This document shows positions 53,436 through 64,000 of a stretch of 64,000 nucleotides of DNA, in pieces; the stretch's first letter is position 1; each line of letters begins with the position of its first letter. Source of the DNA: Macrostomum lignano (taxonomy: Eukaryota). Made by a program: the position numbers and the translations under genes. A model generated the notes under the pieces. It was given only the letters and a program-made list of their open reading frames with translations, was not told the DNA's origin and did not search any database. The stretch lies in the NCBI GenBank assembly GCA_002269645.1, contig NIVC01001575.1, positions 162,691 to 226,690 on the forward strand. Reading direction: 5' to 3'.

Positions 53436-54234
53436 GCCTGCAACTTACCGTATTTTACAAACTCGAGTTTAGAAAAATAAAAGTCCGACACGGGATGGAT
53501 TGTGGGAAGAAAAAAAGAAAATGCTCGATTAGGGATAGAATTATCAGATTAAAATATAAGTATATGATCAAGGCACAAAGTGCATCGAATGAAAACTCAA
53601 GATACAAAATAAGCATAAAAGTGATGCATCAGCTATAACTTTTTCTTATAAAAAAATCAGCCGAAATAATTTTGTTCGAAAGAAAACGCCAACCAAATTA
53701 CTTACAGTAGCGTAGAATGCCTACTGAATAAGATATTGAATGAAGTGACTCGCTAATAATAAAGTAATTACAAGGGGAAATGCTGACACAGGAACTGTAT
53801 AAAACTTACAATAAAATTTAGAAGAGACTCATGTACATAATAAATCAAACAATTTACAGGACTAGATTAAATAGGTAAACCGGATACGAAAAAAGATCAT
53901 ATGTTATACTATGATATTGACAGTTTTTAAATAAAATATTCCAAGGAAATGAAACCGCGTTCAGCTGTGTAAATAATTGGATACTTTAATCGACACAGGT
54001 AACTGAAAACTGTGCAAATTTGAGATTCTTTTATAAATACGAGCTAATTTCAGCTAAAACTTACAATTAATTATGAAGCTTATAGCGAATTGAATAAAAG
54101 AATTATGAAAACACTCTCGAATGATCTAAAGCAATCATGAAGACTTTCTGGAGTAATTAAAGAAGGCATGGCTATTCACTTGTCCATGTACTAAAAATAT
54201 AATCTAAATGATGTTGGAGTGATGACCAGTTACT

Positions 54235-55370
54235 GAAGAATCTGAGGGAGCCAAGATGACTTAATAATGAGGGAGCCATGACAACTGAAGAATCTGAGAG
54301 AGAGAGCCATGACAACTGAAGAATCTGAGTGAGAGCCATGAGAACTGAAGAATCTGAGGGAGAGCCATGACAACTGAAGAATCTGAGTGACAGCCATGAG
54401 AACTGAAGAATCTGAGAGAGAGCCATGACAACTGAAGAATCTGAGTGAGAGCCATGAGAACTGAAGAATCTGAGAGAGAGCCATGACAACTGAAGAATCT
54501 GAGTGAGAGCCATGAGAACTGAAGAATCTGAGAGAGAGCCATGACAACTGAAGAATCTGGGCGAGAGCCATGACAACTGAAGAATCTGAGGGAGAGCCAT
54601 GACAACTGAAGAATCTGAGGGAGAGCCATGACAACTGAAGAATCTGAGTGACAGCCATGACAACTGAAGAATCTGGGCGAGAGCCATGACAACTGAAGAA
54701 TCTGAGTGAGAGCCATGACAACTGAAGAATCTGAGAGAGAGCCATGACAACTGAAGAATCTGAGGGAGAGCCATGACAACTGAAGAATCTGAGAGAGAGC
54801 CTTGATAACTGAAGAATCTGAGGGAGCCATGACAACTGAAGAATCTGAGAGAGAGCCTTGATAACTGAAGAATCTGAGGGAGCCATGACAACTGAAGAAT
54901 CTGGGCGAGAGCCATGAGAACTGAAGAATCTGAGTGAGAGCCATGAGAACTGAAGAATCTGAGAGAGAGAGAGAGCCATGACAACTGAAGAATCTGAGGG
55001 AGAGCCATGACAACTGAAGAATCTGGGCGAGAGCCATGACAACTGAAGAATCTGAGGGAGAGCCATGACAACTGAAGAATCTGAGAGAGAGCCTTGATAA
55101 CTGAAGAATCTGAGGGAGCCATGACAACTGAAGAATCTGAGAGAGAGCCTTGATAACTGAAGAATCTGAGGGAGCCATGACAACTGAAGAATCTGAGAGA
55201 GAGCCTTGATAACTGAAGAATCTGAGGGAGCCATGACAACTGAAGAATCTGAGAGAGAGCCTTGATAACTGAAGAATCTGAGGGAGCCATGACAACTGAA
55301 GAATCTGGGCGAGAGCCATGACAACTGAAGAATCTGAGTGAGAGCCTTGATAACTGAAGAATCTGAGAGT
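54235..55370 (+). repeat. 27-31-bp minisatellite starting just 3' of the DCAF6-like stop
   Basis: Unit gaagaatctgagagagagccatgacaact. Confidence 0.95.
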
Positions 55371-55385
55371 AAAACAGCTGACTAA

Positions 55386-58300
55386 TCAACTCGGCAACAG
55401 GCCAGCCTCGAGAAGGCCCGCAGGCGGTGGGACCGCCATATTTGGCATTGCGGCCACCCTGGCGCTGAGCAGATCTGAGCAGCCAAGCATTTGCTGGTTC
55501 CTTCTGGCCAGCTCTGTGGCATAAGCCAGATCCGACTGATCTCGCTGTCCAGCATCCTCGCCATGCTGCATCGGGGACCAGATTTTCACATCGCGCTCCA
55601 TGCCGCTGGTTGCTAGGCACAATAATTGAGGATGCGCGGCAACCCTGTTCACCAGGCATTGGTCCGCTTGTCGAGCAGCAATCAAGCTTGAGTCGGAGAT
55701 TCGCCAGACCATCAGATGGCCGCAGTCGCTGCCAGATAAAATGTGCTCGGAGCCCCAGAACGTGGCTTGTTGAATGCAGGTTCGAGAGTTTCTGTGACCG
55801 CGATACTCTCTGAGCAGGGCATAGCCAGCTGGACTTGACGAGCTGAAAATGATGCACATTTTTACTGCTAGATAGAATCAGAGTTTTGCGTACGAGTCAC
55901 TGAATGATCAGAAAAATGAGTCACTGAATGATCAGAGGATATGAGTCACTGAATGATCAGAGGATATGAGTCACTGAATGATCAGAGGGATATGAGACAC
56001 TGAATGATCAGAGGATATGAGTCACTGAATGATCAGAGGATATGAGTCACTGAATGATCAGAGGGATATGAGACACTGAATGATCAGAGGGATATGAGTC
56101 ACTGAATGATCAGAGGGATATGAGACACTGAATGATCAGAGGGATATGAGTCACTGAATGATCAGAGGGATATGAGTCACTGAATGATCAGAGGGATATG
56201 AGTCACTGAATGATCAGAGGATATGAGTCACGGAATGATCAAAGGGATATGAGACACTGAATGATCAGAGGGATATGAGTCACTGAATGATCAGAGGGAT
56301 ATGAGACACTGAATGATCAGAGGGATATGAGTCACTGAATGATCAGAGGGATATGAGCCACTGAATGATCAGAGGGATATGAGTCACTGAATGATCAGAG
56401 GGATATGAGTCACTGAATGATCAGAGGGATATGAGACACTGAATGATCAGAGGGATATGAGACACTGAATGATCAGAGGGATATGAGACACTGAATGATC
56501 AGAGGATATGAGTCACTGAATGATCAGAGGGATATGAGTCACTGAATGATCAGAGGGATATGAGTCACTGAATGATCAGAGGATATGAGTCACTGAATGA
56601 TCAGAGGGATATGAGACACTGAATGATCAGAGGGATATGAGACACTGAATGATCAGAGGGATATGAGTCACTGAATGATCAGAGGGATATGAGTCACTGA
56701 ATGATCAGAGGGATATGAGTCACTGAATGATCAGAGGGATATGAGACACTGAATGATCAGAGGGATATGAGTCACTGAATGATCAGAGGGATATGAGTCA
56801 CTGAATGATCAGAGGGATATGAGACACTGAATGATCAGAGGGATATGAGACACTGAATGATCAGAGGGATATGAGTCACTGAATCATAAAGTCAGTAAAA
56901 ATTATCACATTAATAAGCCATGGAATAAGTCGCTAAACCATCGGTAGAAGCTCAGACTAAAAGCTAAAAGAACAGAACCAACCTGCAGGCCATCTCAGCG
57001 TCTTTGCTTGACCCGGCCGCCACGTCGAACAGGCAAATGGAGCCGCCAGCATAAGAGGCCAACAGTCTATGGCCAGAATGGTCAAATTCTAAGCTGCTAA
57101 TTCGGAAATTACTGCCAGCTGATTTCTGAGCAGTCCTGCTCAGCCAGACTGGCTCAGCTGAGGGCAGGCGGCGACGATCGAATTCCAAAATTTCTCCGTC
57201 CCGTGTGGCAACAAAGAGGCGACGTCCGGCGCTGATTGGATGAAGAGCGGCGGCTGTGTAGCCAGAGAGGCTGTATTGCGAAGTGAGTTTGGGCAATTGG
57301 TTTTTAGGCTCTTTAGTTGAAACTTTTTTTCGATCAATTTTTTGGTTAATTAATGACCCGAAGGTTTATCAGGGCACCCCTGATATAAATTGAATTAGAT
57401 TCAAATAAATTGCTATGTGCGCACACATACACCAAGGACCACTATAATATAACAGGAAGTAAAACTCAAAGATCGTGCAATCTTTGAGGCCGATTTCTTG
57501 GAAACAATACACTGCGGAGATAGGAAAAAATAGACGAAGATCGTTATTCTAATTTAGCATGCACAGCATGTTAATCTGCTGTATCTTATATAGCTGTGTA
57601 GTGAAAGTTTCATTATTATATTATATTCTTTTTATTGATAGATTTATGTCTCTGCCCCCCCCCCTGACGTGAATCCTGGCTATGCGCCTGATTGCACTTG
57701 CGAGTATTTAAAATTTTGGGCCAATAAAATATAACAGAATAACATGTTGTGTATGCTTAATTAAAATAATAGTAATCTTCACAGCCCCAGATCAAATGCG
57801 ATAATTTATTTTGGAATGAAAAATGACTAGCAATTAACGGCCCCGGTCGAGACGCGACGAGAATGAAATAAAAAATGTTGAATAAACTGCATGCGGCATC
57901 TGACCTCTGATCCTTGACGTCTCAGCCATTCCCCCGTAAGTCTTGATATCTCAGCAATTCCCCCGTAAGTCTTGATATCTCAGCAATTCCCCCGTAAGTC
58001 TTGATATCTCAGCAATTTCCCCATAAAGCCTTGACATCTCATCAATTTCCCCGTAAAGCCTTGACATCTCAGCTATTCCCCAAGTCAGTCTTGAATTCTC
58101 AGCAATTCCCCTGTAAGCCGTAAACATACGCACTCACACTGATGTGTGAAAAAACTTTGTGTTAAAAACTCTGAATAAAAATAATAAATTGCTTCGCTCC
58201 CAGACTCAACTAGCTCAGGAAATACTATACGAGTATTAAAGCAGAAAAATGCTCAAACCTGCAGTGCTGATTGCCAAGCAGCAGCGAACAGCCGCAGTGC

Positions 58301-58772
58301 GCCTCTCTGACATCAAACTGCCTGATGGTGCCGTCGCCGCTGACGCTAAAGAACACTCCGGCCTCCCACTGGCTGGTGACCAGATCGAACACGGCCGAGA
58401 GGTGGCTGGCAAACGAGCGAGCAACTTCGAGGCCATCGGCGACGCCTAAGTCTATTAGGCTGACTCGGCCATTGCCAGCCGCTGATGCCACCTTCTGATC
58501 GTCTGTGTGGGGCAAGAACTTTGCGCTAAATATGTTCGCCTGGTGGCCGGAGAAGATTGTCTCGCCTTTTGGCTGCAATGGGTTCATGTTTTAATTTGGT
58601 TGGTAAATTTAAATCAAGTTAAGTATTCATTAAAATTAGTAAATATATATATTCCCACTCAGGCCATTAGAAAAATTACCTCTGAGTGAAATGGTGTTGA
58701 GATCACTAGATTTCGATCATCAGATCCAGTGAGCAATTGCTGGCCTGTGGAGCTCCAGCAAACAGAATTGAC
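55386..58772 (-). CDS. DCAF6: DDB1- and CUL4-associated factor 6-like WD40 protein (5' exons unresolved, up to about 59549)
   Basis: Exons 58680-58772, 58259-58572, 56983-57270, 55386-55842; phases consistent. VNSVCWSSTGQQLLTGSDD, SGHQANIFSAKFLP and YRGHRNSRTCIQQATFWG..ILSGSDCGH best fit recalled DCAF6 rather than DCAF8 or WDTC1. Confidence 0.8.
55895..56885 (+). repeat. 25-26-bp minisatellite, about 38 copies, DCAF6 intron
   Basis: Unit gag(t/a)cactgaatgatcagagggatat. Confidence 0.95.
57915..58115 (+). repeat. About 29-bp degenerate repeat, about 6 copies
   Basis: Unit ctcagcaattcccccgtaagtcttgatat. Confidence 0.85.
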
Positions 58773-59549
58773 CTAAATTAAAATTGGTATAAGTTAGATT
58801 GAAATAGTTAGACACAGTTGGTTTTTAAAATATATAACAATAGATAAGAGAAATATTTATATATTGAGCTTATAGATTTAGATGTAACAGCTTTACTTAC
58901 AGGTCCTCTGTGAACATTAAGCTTTTTTTCCAAAGATAGTTTTCCAACCGTCCATTCAAGATCTAAAAATTGCAAAAATTTAAATTTTTATAGCTACATC
59001 ACATGTAAATATACATTGCAATTGAAAATTGTAATGAATGAAATAGTTTTGAAAGCTTAACTTCTTAAATATGTTAAGAATAAAAACCTCTTTAAGACTA
59101 AAGAGAAAATTTTATCTAAAAAACAACTTTTTACAGCAGTAACAGCCTCTGCAGACACAATACCTTTATGCAAACGCCAGGAGAAGTCACTTCGAACAAG
59201 AGTTCGATTAAGTTGTGCGCCACGTCCATTGAAATATACTGGACCAAAATTCATTTCCAAAAAGATGCTTTATACTTATTTAGATTCGCCTCGCTTACCA
59301 ATATTTTTATATTAAAGTGGAACAAATTCAACTGTACATGCAAAGAAAATTGTAATGCAATAAATAAATGTAAACAGTTTATCGTTATTTCGTGGAAAAA
59401 ACTATCTTTAAAAATGTAAACTTATCGAAAACTAAGAAGATTTTACTATGAACCAAAAATCTAGCAGCAGTAGAATATTAAAACTCTAATTATAACAATT
59501 TTTAAATAAATCGAGCAAGCTACCCAAAAAATTTAATAAAACTTACCAT

Positions 59550-59751
59550 TTTGTTAATTTTTTGAAGCAAGTAAATCAAAAGTTTGAGGTCTCAAAAACA
59601 ATATTTTCCGCGAACAGATTATGAATGAATCCAACTGAATGGAAGCCTACGCTCTATTACTACACTACGGTCGTTTTCGTTCTTAACATTACCTGCGGGC
59701 TGCGCAGTTGGCGGAACTGAAGCAGCTGTTTATCATATTTACTATCGAATA
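59550..59751. promoter_or_regulatory. Candidate bidirectional promoter between DCAF6-like and DUSP-like genes
   Basis: Minus-strand AAAATG|GTAAGT at 59549-59547 and plus-strand ATG at 59752 are about 200 bp apart, with a small GC-rich patch between. Confidence 0.3.
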
Positions 59752-60491
59752 ATGAGTAGGGACAGGGTCTATTTGCTAAGTGATATGATTTCAATAAAGT
59801 TTGAAGACATACTATACTAACATACATACCAAGGCCTAGGGGACATTATGGCTTATGCATAATACATTAATATGTTCTAATTTATTTTTATTATTCATTC
59901 ATTATAAAAAGCATAATGGTCTATAGCATACGAGCCTAATTGTAATTATATTCATATTCATGTGAGAACATTTATAATTTTAAATAGTGTGTATTCACAA
60001 TTCTTGTGAATATTGCAAATGAATGCCATTTCTACTTTTGATTATAATGCCAATAGACATCAGACAATAGACAATAGATATATGCTTTGCTCATGCCTTG
60101 TTAATATCAAGCTTTAAAAATGAAATAGTTAATAGTTTTATAATCTAATCCAACAACTTAAATTGAATATAGTTCTAATCTTTTTTCTTTATTCTTTGCC
60201 TTCAACTTTAAGCAGTTCAATTTGTTCTATTATCACTTTTTATCAGTCATATTATAATAATAATATATTTAGGGAATCAGGCTATGAGGAATAAATAATA
60301 TATCATTGAGTATTTATTTATTTTAAATTTAAATAATTAATTATATAATTATTGTCAAGGTTTTTAATTATACAGAATTGTAGCTTTGTTTTTTTATTCA
60401 AATTTTTCTAATATATATAAAAACTCAATGTTAGGTAGGCTTGATACTTTTAATAGTTTAGTTAAAACTTCTTTTTGTTCTTTTATTGCAG

Positions 60492-62178
60492 GGAGACCAG
60501 CAAGGAGCATTGTTGATTTCGCCAGATAGTCTGGTAAAGTTGTTGGCTTTGAATCCAACAAAGGTAAGAAAATATATTAAACTGTATAATTTCAAGCTTT
60601 ATTTAATCTATTTTTATTTTAATAGGCTAAAAGGCCTAGTGTTTTATAATAGTTTAAAGCTGACAAGTTGCAATTGAATTCATAATATTTTAATATCCTA
60701 AAACTTTTATAAATATATACTTGCCTTATTCTAGTATAAATTAATTTTTTGTCTTTATTATTCAATTAGGTCTACATTTCATCTGACACCCTACTGTTTC
60801 ATTTGACACCCCACTGTTTCATCTGACACCCTACTGTTTCATCTGACACCCATTGTTTTATCTGACACCCAACTGTTTCATCTGACACCCTACTGTTTCA
60901 TCTGACACCCTACTGTTTCATCTGACACCCTACTGTTTCATCTGACACCCTACTGTTTCATCTGACACCCTACTGTTTCATCTGACACCCTACTGTTTCA
61001 TCTGACACCCTACTGTTTCATCTGACACCCTACTGTTTCATCTGACACCCATTGTTTCATCTGACACCCTACTGTTTCATCTGACACCCTACTGTTTCAT
61101 CTGACACCCATTGTTTCATCTGACACCCTACTGTTTCATCTGACACCCTACTGTTTCATCTGACACCCTACTGCTTTATCTGACACCCTACTGTTTCATC
61201 TGACACCCTACTGTTTCATCTGACACCCATTGTTTCATCTGACACCCATTGTTTCATCTGACACCCTACTGTTTCATCTGACACCCTACTGTTTCATCTG
61301 ACACCCTACTGTTTCATCTGACACCCTACTGTTTCATCTGACACCCTACTGTTTCATCTGGCACCCATTGTTTCATCTGACACCCATTGTTTCATCTGAC
61401 ACCCTACTGTTTCATCTGACACCCTACTGTTTCATCTGACACCCATTGTTTCATCTGACACCCTACTGTTTCATCTGACACCCATTGTTTCATCTGACAC
61501 CCATTGTTTCATCTGACACCCTACTGTTTCATCTGACACCCTACTGTTTCATCTGACACCCATTGTTTCATCTGACACCCTACTGTTTCATCTGACACCC
61601 TACTGCTTTATCTGACACCCTACTGTTTCATCTGACACCCTACTGTTTCATCTGACACCCATTGTTTCATCTGACACCCATTGTTTCATCTGACACCCTA
61701 CTGTTTCATCTGACACCCTACTGTTTCATCTGACACCCTACTGTTTCATTTGACACCCTACTGTTTCATCTGACACCCTACTGTTTCATCTGACACCCTA
61801 CTGTTTCATCTGACACCCTACTGTTTCATCTGGCACCCTACTGCTTTATCTGACACCCTACTGTTTCATCTGACACCCTACTGTTTCATCTGGCACCCTA
61901 CTGCTTTATCTGACACCCACTCGCTTTGCTCACATTCTATAACCACTCTGACCTGACAATCTGACATTGCATTTTTTGTGCATCTTATAGTTGATAAAAT
62001 CTGCATTGATCTCGAATATTCCTAACTCAATCCCACTATTATGGTGGCTTCGTGCTTTTACGCACAGCTGCTAATCATTGACAGTCGATCGTTGCTCGAC
62101 TTCAACCTTAGCTGCATTCGCACAGCTATCAATGTCTGCTGTTCGAGGCTGGTTAAGCGTCGTCTGCAACAGGGCAAG
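60492..62178 (+). CDS. DUSP8: MAP kinase phosphatase (DUSP8/DUSP16-like), N-terminal rhodanese/KIM exons; partial
   Basis: Exons 60492-60563 and 62068-62178 (phase 0) give LLISPDSLVKLLALNPTK|LLIIDSRSLLDFNLSCIRTAINVCCSRLVKRRLQQGK, close to recalled DUSP8 NICCSKLVKRRLQQGK. The catalytic domain is not in the window. Confidence 0.85.
60775..61920 (+). repeat. 19-20-bp minisatellite, about 57 copies, DUSP intron
   Basis: Unit atctgacaccctactgtttc. Confidence 0.95.
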
Positions 62179-62569
62179 GTGAGCGGAGTTCAATATGATA
62201 GTCATTAGCAATGCCTTTGATTGTTAGCTATGGCTATACATCAGTCAGTAGGGTCTGTCTGTTCTTGATAAAAATAGCCTTCGTCAGAGTTTCCAAATAT
62301 TGGCACACCTATACGTCTATGCACATCTATCTTGCATGCTGCGTTTATTTATAGAATTTGCCTGGGTCACTCTCTGTGATTCAGGCCACTTTTCCTTCTA
62401 TCTTATTGTATTTGTATTTAAAATTAGTTTTCTTGGTAAATGTGAATCCTCTATTTACCTCTGTTCGTTCGCTCTTAATTTGCTTGCATTTTATCATAAT
62501 ATTGATCTCAGAGATCTAGCTTTAGTTAGGGTTATTGTAGAGTCCACTTCTGTGCCCTTCTGATAGTCT

Positions 62570-62960
62570 TTTCATTTCTCTCCCTCTCTACCTCTCCCTC
62601 TCTCCCTCTGTCCCTCCCTCTACCTCTCCCTCCTTCTCTCTCCCTCTCTCTCTCTATCTCTGTCTCTCTCTCCCTCTTACTCTCTCCCTCTCTGTCTCCC
62701 TCTATCTCCCTCCCTCTACCTCTTCCTCTCTCCCGCTCTATACCTCTCCCTCTCCCTCTATCCCAGTCTCTCCTCTCCCCCTCTCCCTCTGTCTACCCCT
62801 CTCTCTCCCTCTCTATACCTCTCCCTCACTCTACTTCTCCCTCTCCCTCCCTCCCAGTCTCTCTCTACCTCTCCCTCTTTACCTCTCCCTCTCCTAGTCT
62901 CTCCTCTCTACCTCGCCTTCTATGTCTCTATTCTCTCTGCCATGCGGTCTCTCCTTTCTG
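62570..62960 (+). repeat. Pyrimidine-rich (CT) low-complexity tract
   Basis: Direct reading. Confidence 0.9.
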
Positions 62961-63729
62961 CCCTTCTAACCGTGCTCTCCTTTTCTTTTGTACACATTTA
63001 AGCTCTACAACTATAAAAGGCAGACAAGTGATATTAATTTGATTTATCGTGTTAAATCTCCGAAACTATTATAATATTGTTTACGATCAGCTATGTGAAA
63101 CAGTCGCAATCATAATGTGAAACGCATGTTTGTTACATAAGTAAAGTATCACATAACTAGACACCAATAGTACTGCGGAGAATCAGTTTTGTAAGGTCAT
63201 GAGACTCATTATTATTTAGCAGGCACTCATGAATAACAACTGCAGCAAGTGCTTTGTCTATACGCTTCAGCGGCAGTCTTTGTTCTGTCAACAGCAGTTC
63301 AACGCTCCCCAATTGCGATTGCAATGCTTGTTGCATTTTACAATCTTTGTCTTAGAGCTATAAAAGTATGTAGTCGGTGACCAACCACCACATTTATGTT
63401 CTATAGAAACCTGATATTTCTTTCTGTGACCCCAGTCACCTGCCGCAGAAAATACAGCAGTGTATAAAATTGCCTAGCTGTATTATCTCGTGCATTCTAT
63501 ATATGCCTCCTGCTAGTTGAATGCAATCTATAAAATTAGCTTAACTGTATCGGATAATAAAGATATTAATATTTTCCTGATTAATTTGACAGGGAGGAGA
63601 AGCAGAGAGATAATTAAATAGATAGCAACACATCGCCTGAAATAGAATTCCAACAGACATCATTTTTCTAAGCGCTTTAAACTTGGTTTTTAATTTGATT
63701 TTGATGCGTATTAAACGCTCTCTTGTAGT

Positions 63730-64000
63730 GGCCCTAGCAAAAATCTTGAAGCGTCCCTAGCAACAAAAAGTTTCTTGCGTCCCTAGCAACAGAAGCCTTG
63801 TAGCGTCCCTAGCAACAAAAGTATTGTAGCTTCCCTAGCAACAAAAATCTTGTAGCGTCCCTAGCAACAGAAATCTTGTAGCTTCCCTAGCAACAGAAAT
63901 CTTGTAGCTTCCCTAGCAACAGAAATATTGTAGCTTCCCTAGCAACAGAAATCTTGTAGCTTCCCTAGCAACAGAAATCTTGCAGCGTCCCTAGCTACAA
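63730..64000 (+). repeat. 26-bp minisatellite running off the window
   Basis: Unit c(g/t)tccctagcaacagaaatcttgtag. Confidence 0.95.

Noticed and set aside
54230-55324. 350-aa hydrophobic repeat ORFs as independent genes
   Set aside because: The unit has almost no stop codons in any sense frame, so long ORFs are expected.

Overview
Eukaryotic (metazoan) genomic DNA: GC-rich exons with canonical GT-AG introns, and most larger introns plus many gene flanks filled by their own mini- or microsatellite array. The style suggests a free-living flatworm such as Macrostomum, but that is inference only. Genes were assembled by hand from splice sites and recalled homology: NOC2L (+, about 3.2-7.9 kb); TMEM39 (-, 6 exons); two tandem eLOTUS genes (-, one LOTUS-only and one LOTUS plus divergent Tudor); a complete 12-exon myosin VI (-, about 1286 aa); an intronless 107-aa secreted Cys-rich protein with no family I recognise (-); a compact DCAF6-like WD40 gene (-); and the 5' exons of a DUSP8/16-like MAP kinase phosphatase (+). 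Mobile DNA includes an RTE-type LINE remnant, two MITEs with 8-bp TSDs, a tRNA-like SINE candidate, a possible solo LTR, a 32-bp perfect palindrome with a perfect 8-bp TSD, and a 1.9-kb nested foldback element. The most notable signals are the LOTUS pair (possible Vasa regulators, with an exon born by intragenic duplication), the orphan secreted peptide, the foldback element, and a GAATC / TTAGGG(G)CGATTC core shared by many otherwise unrelated minisatellites. Most long ORFs in the supplied track are repeat artefacts. All homology calls are from memory of family sequences, not database searches; repeat boundaries and copy numbers are approximate.
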